A stretch of DNA of 62,734 nt, the filler included, from Sphacelaria rigidula (taxonomy: Eukaryota), in the NCBI GenBank assembly GCA_964200075.2. It is 9 parts of 9 records of this genome, joined end to end, with 100 filler letters (N's around TTAATTAATTAA, not from the genome) between each part and the next. Parts side by side here need not be neighbours in the genome. Positions count along the whole stretch, not along the records: positions 6,984 to 13,865 come from CAXNAA020017590.1; positions 13,966 to 20,847 come from CAXNAA020017591.1; positions 20,948 to 27,829 come from CAXNAA020017592.1; 6 more parts are not named here. One strand, written 5' to 3'. Within the stretch, counting starts at the first letter, position 1. Each line of letters begins with the position of its first letter. The notes beneath the pieces are model-generated. The model was not told where the DNA came from. It worked only from the letters and a program-made list of their open reading frames with translations, and made no database searches. The translations under genes and the position numbers were made by a program. Of the stretch, positions 11,191 through 22,100 are shown one piece after another.

Positions 11191-11659
11191 TCCGTGTTGC
11201 ACTGTCACACTTTTTACGTGAAAATGACACCTGTGTTCTTTCCAAAGATCCCGCTGAAGGCGTCCCCTGATCTCACACAGCACACCACGTTCACGAAGCG
11301 TTGACCTCATGCGCCACAGCCTCACTTTCTCAACATTGTGGGCTGTACTCAGAGAGATGTAAGTCCGATTAAACACCAACGCGTCTGCTTAGCTGCTACA
11401 CCCCCGTTAAAGTAGAATGTGTGTAATTCTCATCATCATCGAGGGGGGTTGATATCGGTTCCTGAGCCTACAAACGCAATCACTATGCACTCGACACTTG
11501 TTCTGCAATGATATCATGTTTGAGTCACTCGGCTTTTGCACATGTATTGCTGTAATGTAATCCATGAAACAATAAAACAAGGGTAGACTGCAGTAACCTC
11601 TGTGTTGAAGATCCCCCCTCCAACATCAACATCACCTGCTCAGTGAAACCCACCCTCAG

Positions 11660-12330
11660 GCCGACAGTCCTCATGTTGGATGTCCTGCCTCCACAAAGAG
11701 GTGGTGGTCGCTGGGGACTCGCTTAACAATGCTCTTCGACTTACTCCAGCAGATATATTCTCTTATCTTGACTTCGATCCGTCTATAGGAGCATAGGCAG
11801 CCATTGCAGCATTTCATTTGCCTGCGAGGTTGAAAGTCGTCGACATAGGGCGTTCGCTGATGACTGCCTGACTCCACGTCGCCTTATTGGTGATCAACTC
11901 CTCGATCGCCAGCCCGGTCACATGTTGTCCAGCCCTTCCCTTGTTCCCTTGCGCCCCGCAGCACCAGACATGACATCCCGCCAAACAAAACTCGGTTCGG
12001 CCCGCTCTCCTTGTCTCCTGCAGTCCGATCACGTCACAACCCACCGCTTGAAAGTTTTGCAGAACCACCTCAGCATGGCCAGCTCCGTTCTTTTCCGTGC
12101 GGGACAGGGTACGTACATTGTAGGCCACCAATTCGAGCTCCCCTGTACGTAGCCTAGCTCCAGCCTTCTCTACATTTAAGCCGCTTTCTCTTTGTTCCTC
12201 CCACCTTATCGGTCTGACTCGCCTTCTTGTTTCTCGAACGAGATTTTGTTTCTATTATAGCCTTTTGTTTGGCCCGTCGATGCAGTTGAATAAATAAATC
12301 TCCTACATCAATCCCACGGTCATCTGCAAG
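11660..12330 (-). mobile_element. Second RTE LINE relic (AP endonuclease N-terminal part)
   Basis: VAYNVRTL, DVIGLQETRR, GRAGQHVTGLAI, AYAP. Homologous to, but distinct from, the adjacent LINE. Confidence 0.88.
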
Positions 12331-12342
12331 AACTTCAAGCGC

Positions 12343-12900
12343 TTTTGCTGCGCGAGACGGCGAAGCAGCGACGGGTGCCCTTGGTGGACGATTTTTTGGA
12401 ATGCAAGGGGTGCTCTCTGGCGAAGGGGTTGCGAAATCCACTTCACACACGTGTAGTGAGGCCGTTAGACAGAGTTTGCATGTATGCGTCTGGTTCGAAG
12501 TCGGGACAGAGTGCTGATGGGATGAGGTATTCATTTCTGAATAGGAATGATTTCCCGCGGAAAATCTTCATGTACTTGGGAAACATAAGTCGAACACCAC
12601 GAGCTTTGGAGCAAGCAGTTCCTAGCGGAAGTTGGATCTAAATGCATTCCCTCGGTGGTATAAACTATGAGATTTGATACTGGAGGCGAGTTTGCGGGGT
12701 CTTCTAGTGATTGATCTCGGTACGAGAAGAGTGATGCCATGGAGGGGAGCTACCGCGAAGCAGCGTGTTCGTTGACGTGGCTCTCCAACGATACACGTCC
12801 CGACAATGCCGACGTAGTTAGGGCTGCATCTCGCCATGACGAAAATCCTACCCCTCAAGGCTTGGCGAAGAGTATTGCGCATTTTCGAACACCTCAAACT
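12343..12900 (+). mobile_element. Ty1/copia relic: GAG-pre-integrase and integrase core fragment
   Basis: LLRETAK...ECKGCSLAKG...RPLDRV...SG....S..GMRY....DF.RKIFMY, then RFDTGGEFAG in another frame. Heavily disrupted. Confidence 0.8.
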
Positions 12901-13965
12901 CTACCTTAGACTCAGCTATCACGTACCCCAGGGAATCGAGCAGGGCGTTTGTCGGCCTTTGTGAATGCTGACCACGCTAAGTTGACTTATCAGCGTTCGG
13001 TGTCGGGAGGGGCGACATTTTTCTGTGGAGCCACCGTAGGACTTTCGTCTAGGGCCCACAAGAACTAATCTATCTTCAACGCATGCAAAACATGTGGCGA
13101 AGGGGGACATGGTGAAGGAGGCACTGTCAGCGGCGGTGCTGAAAGTCGTGCAACCGCACGAAGGGGAAATTATTCCTTTGTTGAACGGTATACAAGGACA
13201 ATCAGGGGGCAATACAGCTTGTATGTAATCCTCGAAGCTACCAGAGCAGCGAGCACATAAATGTGACATCATTTTTCAGGGGAAGAGAGTAGCGGCGCAG
13301 GTTTTTATTGGTGTGGTGATTTTCTACGATAGTCTCGCCAAAACCAACCCAACAGTGTCACGAAAAAAGTGGGCATACAGCACCTCATGTTGGGGTTTAG
13401 GCTGCATGAAGCGCCTCATATGGGGGACATGGCGCGACCTATTTGCAGGTGGGGTATGCAAATAAGAGCGTACAGGTCGCGAACGCCTCCAGAATCAATT
13501 CCACGACCCACCCAATTTCAAATGCTCATGAGCACACTAAGCAACAGGCATACTCCACAGTAGCGCACAGCAGGGCTGTAACACCGATCATATTTCTTTT
13601 GTTGCAGGGCAGGATGCTGTAAACGTAGGCGGCGATGAGTTACTTACTCCATACTATTGGGAATCGTAAAATCAATCGTTTTTTCTTGGGGCACGTCTTC
13701 AAGCCAAGTTCTTAGATAAAAAAAATATGTTGATGGTTGATGGTTGCTGCGGCATGGACAACATGATATTAGCTGGGTGTTCAAGTGTAATCCTCTCGAC
13801 ATGAGAGTGTACATTACGTAATGACAACCGTTCACACCCGCCGCAGCCCATGCGCAGGAATACAGNNNNNNNNNNNNNNNNNNNNNNNNNNNNNNNNNNN
13901 NNNNNNNNNTTAATTAATTAANNNNNNNNNNNNNNNNNNNNNNNNNNNNNNNNNNNNNNNNNNNN

Positions 13966-14038
<73 letters not shown>
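13966..14038 (+). repeat. (TAA)n microsatellite at contig start
   Basis: About 24 perfect TAA units. Confidence 0.97.
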
Positions 14039-15411
14039 CGGACCGAAAATATAGTTAGATAAATATTCTTAGAATATCGAACCACAACCGCGGATAACGA
14101 TCTTTTTGTCGATATCCCGAAAATGACACGATACGTATCGGGTATCGATATTCGATACGATACGACTGTTTTGTTATGGCCGCGGTGTACAAAACCGAGC
14201 AGTACACTGGCACACTGACACCCTCACTCACTATTGTAGGTCGCTTATATACCACATCTCCTAGACAGATTTTCAGCGCTCACTTCCTCCTCACCAGAAG
14301 CGATGCCAGGGCTGAACTGGGCGGCGTTGGAACCATCTCGTCGACATAAAGTAATCGAGCTTTGAAAATCGCTCCTGAGGGTGTGGTATCTCAAGCAACC
14401 TACGTACGGTAGTTTCCAGTGGACAGCAGGGGACACATGTACAGCAGCGGGTGGTGTACAAATTGACATCATAGCAGCGGCGGCATGCGGTGATACAGCT
14501 GTCTTACGAATATACAATATTTCGTCATCGTGCAAGAGGTAGTTGACCACAGCGGGCCGGGTGTGGTACTGGTCATATACACTGTTTTCATTTCTACGGC
14601 CACTATTCCGTGTGTTTCGATCGAAAGAGCGCATACCTCGACTCTGCATATTCACTAGAAAAGACAAGTGTCAAACCTTGAACACGCACAAACTCAATTG
14701 CGCGCTCTTTTTTCAATGTTTTTCACTACCGTTGACAGGCAACGTCGGCGGCATGCGTCAAGTTTGAATTTTTGGGTGCCAAAAAAAATATGTAGTATTT
14801 CCCTTGTCCAAAAAATCAAATACAACTAGCCATCCTCAAACAATCTTCAATTGATAAGATTATTCAAGTCAAGTGTGAAATTACCTGCTGTAGAATGTCT
14901 AAGCTTGCAACAATTAGAATGTCCAGACTAATGGATGGAAGGGAAAATAAATCCAACACTCGTCACACATGAAGGAAAGGCGAAGCGACAGTACCATATC
15001 CTCATACTCCGGAGGAATAGCTGTTTCCTACTGTTATCTGCAGCTTTGCATTGATCGTGACCTCATATCTACTCCGCCACGCCACCCGTATGTTGCCGTT
15101 GGTGAAGGCCCCCGCTGAATCAGATCACCAAACCCACGAGGCACCAGCGGTTACTCTGTCGCCTGCTATCCTACGAAGAGATACTGCATCCATTTGCACA
15201 CCGTGCAACCGCTCTACAGCTATACTCGCAAGTGCAACTTGTAAACACTGCGGAAATGCCAAACACGCAGTAGCAAGTTGGTTACTGCGGCGACTGCTTA
15301 TGTGGAAGAGCGCAACCTTTCTTGGACCTCGTGTTAGAATCGTCCATGTACCACCCGCCCCCACGTTTCCTGTGACGACGGTTTCGAGAAATTGAGCTAC
15401 TGCGGCGATAA

Positions 15412-15547
15412 AGGGGCCAAATATCGAGCGTATCGATATTCGATATTGATATTCGATATTGATATCCGATATTGATACATATCATATATGTATATCGGTT
15501 TCCTACGCTCCGATACCGATATGGCGTATCGCCGGTATCCAACCCTG
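15412..15547. repeat. CGATAT/ATATCG-rich element end, probably a non-autonomous hAT-type terminus; similar tract at 14040-14170
   Basis: Clustered CGATATT/CGATAC motifs ending in CCAACCCTG (CAGGGTTGG on the minus strand). Confidence 0.45.
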
Positions 15548-17919
15548 CTGCATACATCTCGAATCCGCCGCGTGTCTCACTCAACCGGCGCTTAATCCGC
15601 CACATCTTGCTCTGTATCTCTCTGCCGATTGTGGGGAAAACGCTCCGGCTCTTCCATCCTGCCGTACCCCTGTAGCTCCCGATTACCAACGTCTGCAGAT
15701 CTCGACGGGCAATGACGCGTCTAGAGCTGCACGCTGTCGCGACCCTTGGTGAGTTTCCAAGAGAAACCAGCTATCGCATGTGCGCAACGCACGGTACAAT
15801 CATCGCTGCCTGAAATCTAAAATAGCGTACGGAGTACAAAATCAGCATCTTGGCGATTCACGAGCATCTGCATGTCTGTCAAGCTTTGACCCTTGAGTCG
15901 CGCGAGACAATCATTTCGATCAGCCTGTACGAAAATGTTTCTGACCTCATCACACAGACTGAGTCCACCGCCTGGGAATTACACTCAACACCGTGTAAGC
16001 ACAGGGCACCGGCCAGATGTCTAGACCCTTCAGTAGCCACCCTGACACATCTCGTCAGTTCCTGACACAGAATCTACCACAGTATACTGTACTGTTGTGT
16101 GAGTCTAGGCAGACTGACATTCCTGGTCAGTAAATCGTACGTCCACCGTACTATTAATAGTCAAGGTCATGGACACGTTCACAAGGTATGATTGCACCTT
16201 GCAGCAAAGCGTATGAATTTGTTTTGAGGTATCCCTTTTGGAACCCTCCCCTCCTGTCCCCTGGCCAAACGTCTTATTATTATGAGAAGCCCTGACGAAG
16301 AGGAAAACATGGAAACAGAATAGGCCGACGGCAACCATTTTTTATAATGGAAGCCCGAAGAGGAATGTCCCCCCTGGAGAATTTGGGTAAGATTTGTCCA
16401 ATCATACCACGCAACGAATGAAGCGTGTCCAATTATATCCATCGACAATAATTAGCAAAACCACTATGAACATTCCATTCAAAAAATAGCAATGGGCTCC
16501 AGGGTCCAACCTGGCACGTTTGTATATTAGCATTTTTTGTACATTAGGGGAGCACCGCTTTGACGGGCTGCAGCATCGGGTGGCGAGTTTGCCAAGCCAC
16601 ACCGTACATACAGCATAGTATGGCTGAACCCAGCGAAGTCCCGTCACCACATGTGGAAGGCACAGTGGGTTGTGCGGGCGGTACATGGCGGGCGTAATCG
16701 CACGAGTCCGAACAAGCGATATACATGTACACGGGAGGGAGCCAACGGACACCGCCTACCGTAATCAGGCCAGATGAAAAACACTACAGTCAGTAAATGC
16801 AGTAGGTTATAGGATTGACTTGCGGCTACACTCCGTGCAAGAAGAAATATGGGCATGTCGTGAAAAGTTGGCCACGAGCGTAGACGGCACGAGACGATAG
16901 CGGTAGCCAGCGTCATGAATCTCATGCAGCATGAAGTATGTCTGTGCAAGGGTCGGGAACGATCAACCCGCGGTATAGATGTGGTGGGGTAACTGTGCCT
17001 TTCGCTACGCCGTTGTGTAATAGTTAGCCCGAAGTATGATGCTGTCGGCACGCACTTGCCAGAGCGCAGTTCTGTGCATGCCCCGAGTTATACAGAGATA
17101 TTTTCAAAATATAATACAGACATGACACGGAGCAGTAAGGTATCACCCCTGGGGTGACGGCACTTGGCAGACTCTACACCACAGTGACGGTGCATAACTG
17201 CAGGGCACATGGCGTCTGCGTCGCCTTTTCCCATTTTTCAAAGGGCGGGATGGTGCTGGCGGAACGTGCATGAGCGCGATGTTGTGCATGACGTGAGTCT
17301 GCAGTCGAGATTGCCCCAAACTGCTGTAAACACACCCAGTACTGTACAGGGCAGTGTCGCGGCACCCCCGGCGGCACGGAAAGGTGACTGCCTGGGATTG
17401 TATACACCGCCAGTTTATACATTTAGCGAATGTGCCATCGGCGTTGCCCTTGTTGCTATGACACTGCAAAGAGTATAAACTGCAGCGGGCAGGGCGTGCA
17501 GGTCAGGCGGGAAGCATGCTTCACAGAAGCCTGCCGCGCACTGTGGCCGGGGAAGGAGCTCATGAATGTAGAAATAAACGCCGACGGGTCCTGGACCTCG
17601 CCGCAGCAAGAAAATAAGAAACCTTCTCTTGTGCTACATGTCACTCGTACGGGTATGAAAAATACGCGTTTGGCCAAAGTTGTTGCGTCTAAGCTGTGAA
17701 CCATCAACCTTATCTTGCTCAAAAACCGTCAATTGCAAATGATCAATTTTTTATTGTGAGTTCCAAAATGGTTAATTACATATTTCTCAAAACAAGACTA
17801 TGGTTTCAAACACCGATAATATTGTGCTGTATCTCCCATATATTGCAGAACCCCCTGTTTCTTTTTCTTGCTCACATGTCGAGGCCGCTTCTCAGAGTAG
17901 ACAAAAAAGACTACATGTG

Positions 17920-18324
17920 AAAGTGCCTTTTTGGAGCGTTTACGTCGTTTTACGCCCCCAGAAAGAGCTGGGCGGATTTCGACACCTTGGAATGCCTTGC
18001 TGTCCTCGTTGAGACGGTCCCGGCACACCTGTGGGTTTTGCGATGCCCGCAGCTCCTTCGTTGCCCAAACTTACATTTTTCTCGGAGACCGCTGATTCTT
18101 CTCAAAGATCGGTCAAGTCCACGAAAATTCGCGAAGTCTTTGTGGACTTGACCGATCTCCGAGAAAAATGCAAGATGGGCAAGACACAAACTGCGACAAC
18201 CCGAAAAACGTACAGGTGAGCCGGAACCGTCTCAACGAGTACAGCAAGGCATCCCATGGTGTCACAATCCGCCTGGCTCTCTTCCACCACGTGAAACGAC
18301 GTAAAAGCTCCAAACAGGCACTTT
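17920..18324. mobile_element. Foldback (almost fully palindromic) element related to the 2058-2710 family
   Basis: AAAGTGCCTTTTTGGAGCGTTTACGTCGTTTTACG pairs with CGTGAAACGACGTAAAAGCTCCAAACAGGCACTTT. Perfect 16-bp central arms at 18107-18122/18142-18157. Shares the GAC(A/G)CCTTGGAA...CTTGCTGT.CTC.TTGAGAC motif with 2247-2281. Confidence 0.8.
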
Positions 18325-19754
18325 TAACAGCCAATTATAATTTTTGGGGTTGAACGCCGAAATGGGGTTCAAGTAGCATAACCGTTCTGCAGGGATGACG
18401 CGGAACAGCTACACCGAGCGGAACCACATTCTCCCCCGAAAACGTCTGCAGCAGTGAAGCGGTTGTGGCTAGGTGCACCGAACGAATGCGGTGTACACGC
18501 GTGTCGATGACGATATCACCAGAGAGACGAGCAACGGCAGAGAGGAAGCTCCTCGCCCGTGTCCTTTGTGTGTCCTCGCTCGGCGGTCACCAACCGCTCG
18601 AGAGACTGGCATCATGCACGTTACCAGCATGTACCCAATTTTCCATGCACCGGTAGGCAGGTTATATTGCTGCACAGCCCCCCAGAAACATCGAGGTGCA
18701 GAGGGTTGTCGTCTCTTCTTGTCTGTGGAGCTTACCTATGCAAAGATCGATTTCTCTCTGCCTATTTATTTGGACAGGACGCGCCTCTGTGAGCTGCAGA
18801 ACACGTCGTTGAAAAACAGGGCGATGTTCCCGTCACCGCTGCTCTTCTCTGTCACACACATGCCAGCAAGGACGGTGCTGCGGCAATGACAGATCCAACT
18901 TGAACTTGGGGGGTGATATGCATCGTTGATTTTTCCCGACATGTGACCCTGTGCGTGCACGACGACAAAAGCGTGCCACACGCCAGTTGCGGGGGTGTAT
19001 GGTAGATCAAACACTTGTGGACATCTTCTAGCCATGCGGGGTGAAAAGATACCTATGGTGGTGACCTAACTGTTGCTGGCGTGGCGCATGGGGGTGCCTT
19101 CATACTGCAATCTGGAGCACACACCCGCGACCGCGGTACAGTAGCTTTTAAGAATTCCCATGTGAGGAGGTCATCCATTACAAGCTGGGGCGAGGTATAT
19201 TTCACGAGGAACAAGAGTGCTCTGTGATCAACCACTTATCGTTGCATTTGAGACCGGTGCCATCAGCCGCCGACCGCAAAGGTCTCGTGGCTTTCAGGCA
19301 ACGCTGGCGACAGTACGGCAGGCAAACCCGATCATAGCTAGCTTTCGTTGCTCTACTGTACTGACTGTCGTCTGCACAGTCACCGTAACAACATGCACCG
19401 AAATTCATAACGGCTGTAAAATTAGACAGTTCAATTTTCTCAGCTAATTCCACACAATATAAAGCACTCTCATGAGCTGAAAAAGGGTGGCTTTCCCGCC
19501 CCCCCCGCCAAGAATTGAAGAAAATACGACCGGGGGTTTGCAAGTGCATATAACACTGACGGGGCACAGATAGTTTTTCCGAGTGAAAATCCGTGTTTTC
19601 CCACCTGCAAACCGTTTCATGCGCATTGCTTTCTATTTAGGACGGTAACCTGTCCAGTTCTGTTCAGTTCTGTACTGATTGTCTGATGCCAGTCCCAGCA
19701 AAGTTTGGTATTGCTGTTCGACAGTATCTTCTTCACTCTGGACAATACAATATG

Positions 19755-20640
19755 TAGTATATTTTTCCCGCTCAAAATGTCGAAGCGTCGTGTTGTCCAT
19801 ATATGTTTTGCGGGCAATATGATGGCACGAGAGACACGTCAATATATATCGTGCCATCAATATATCAAGGCTGACGACATGCAATGTGTATCGACTGAAC
19901 AATTTATCACGACACGCGCCACCTCAATATATAATGAAAGAGCAATATGTTGGTGCGGTAAGGCACCAATATATATTTGTTGAGTAATATATTGGCTGCC
20001 ACAAGAGGTCAATGTATATTGAAGATTCAATTTACTCAACACCCGAAGCGTCAATATATATGTCCGCCCCGATATGCCGTGCGTCAGCGCGTCCAATATA
20101 AGTCATTGAGCGGACAATACACGAGGGAACCGATGGTCACACTGCAGGTTGGTTTAGCAATTATATTTATGATTTAAATGTAGATTGAAAACTGTATTGA
20201 AATTAGTATGGTGGGCAGTTTTATGTTCGCGGGCGCCAATGGAAGATGTATCACCACATGCCGAAAACGCTCAATATATTCCTCCGCGAGCGTGTTCAAT
20301 ATATATTTGCTGCACATTAGCTATGCGATGAAGATGCGCAGTATGTATATTGAAAAAACAATAATTTTGCAGGGTTGATGTTCTCTATATATTATGGTGA
20401 AAAGATGTTAAGCATCGCTTCGACTCGATATACATATATATATATATATATTGGCACTTCAATACCTACACGGCCGGTATGCACAATATATATATATATA
20501 TATATATATATTCAGTGTTTTGTTCCCGGAAAAAATGCATGTCCAATATATTTTGTCATGTATTACTTCACGATCATGACACGAGAAATATATATTGCTG
20601 CCTCAATGTCTCCGAGGACATTTCAACACAATATTTATAT
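19755..20640. repeat. Regularly spaced dual-palindrome array, 42/43-bp period, unique spacers
   Basis: Motif A (consensus CAATATATATTG) at 19755, 19797, 19840, 19882, 19925, 19967, 20010, 20052, 20094, and again at 20297, 20339, 20544, 20586, 20629. Motif B (consensus CAATATATTG) lies exactly 18 bp after A in the first eight units. Confidence 0.85.
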
Positions 20641-22100
20641 ACAAGATCGCTCTGCTTCGCATCACACGCCCAATTTTCCCATTCTTTCTCACATTGAAAT
20701 GGAATGGAAAAGGGACAGAAGAGACAGACGCCCTCAATGAAGAAAAGCAAGAACGGCATACAAGCAGAAGAAGGGACTGTAGCCAAAATACACCAAGGCG
20801 TATTAGATGTAGCATGTAGGATCCTGGATGATGACCAGGGGACAAGGNNNNNNNNNNNNNNNNNNNNNNNNNNNNNNNNNNNNNNNNNNNNTTAATTAAT
20901 TAANNNNNNNNNNNNNNNNNNNNNNNNNNNNNNNNNNNNNNNNNNNNCTTGCACGTTCTGGGCAATTCTCAGCCACCGAGATCAACTGCCTATATACCGC
21001 TTCTTCATCCCCGCCTACTACATACATGTTAACTGTACAATGCAAGTCATCGGAATAGGGATAAACAGAATTCATGACGGTAGCTCATTTTGTCTTTCCA
21101 CGACCCGCCTGGGTTTAGTGCCTCGTGAAAATGAGCACATTGTAGCATGTACACTCCTGCCCGGTTTTGTCCGGTCCACCCTGTGTTAGTATAAATTACT
21201 GCGTTTCAATATAGAATTGGGACCCGAAAAACACTCCGGAAACACTCGGGAACGCTATACTAAGTGCAAGTAATACCATATTGTGTTCGTTAATCATAAA
21301 AAACAAGTCTTCGAGCGACCTGCCCAATCATCGCGAGACGAAATTTATCGACCAGACCCGAACGACTAGCGCAGGGATTGTTGTCGAGTGTGATGCCATT
21401 GTAAAGATCGTGTGGGGGCCCTGTCCTTGGCCTAGAAAAGCCTCCCCAGGTTTCTAAGTGCAGGGTGGTCGCAGCTTGTTCTTATGGTGTCTTCCACACA
21501 AACGTCCGTTACAAAGATCATGATATATCTAGTCACACAGCACGTGAGGAGACAACAAAACTTTCAATGCATAGCTGAGACATACACGAACGAGTGTATC
21601 ACGTTTCAGGGCGAGAAACCGTTGCCGCAAACGAAACACGACGGTGAAGGCAAAATCACAAGCAGCAAACTCGTACTGCAGTGTCATTTTTGTGAGGGTA
21701 CGAGCATCGCGGTGGTTTCAAAGGTCGGGATAATTTTACATAACGCAAACACTGATTCCAAGTAATTCAATAAACGTTTTTGACCAGTCCCTCCGCAAAA
21801 TACAAGGCACTAGATAATACAAGCTTGATCTCAGTATGCGTTCCGGCATACATGGGTTTACGGGCCTTCCGAGGCCCGCAGCCGCAGTAGATTACAGTTC
21901 GGCGGCGGGTTGATATCCAGGAAAACGGCGGCCCGACAAGCGGTGGGTGCTCTATCGTTTGGTATACGGTTTAGTGTACGCAACGTTTGTTTCGAGCGTT
22001 GCCGTGCCCGCGGTATGGTTGCGTCCGCCGGGGTCGGTGTTGCAGTCTTATTCCCGCTCAGCTTGCTTCTGCATCTTGCGTGGCTTTTGGATAGGGGGTA

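Noticed and set aside
14230-16520. Exon-like blocks on the minus strand (14232-14399, 15050-15370, 16180-16510)
   Set aside because: Stops in the plausible frames and no recognisable domain; cannot support a gene call.
19100-19410. THAP-like reading MNFGACCYGDCADDSQYS...KWL...RVCA on the minus strand next to the array
   Set aside because: Needs a frameshift, lacks the final His, has too long a spacing, and the start resembles non-coding subterminal motifs. Worth an HMM check but not callable.
19755-20640. Calling the array a CRISPR
   Set aside because: Repeats are only 10-12 bp and degenerate, spacers are 6 and 14-15 nt, there are no cas genes, and the context is eukaryotic.
21860-21892. 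GC hairpin CGGGCC-TTCCGA-GGCCCG as a Helitron 3' end or terminator
   Set aside because: No CTRR terminus at the expected distance and no second copy in the window.
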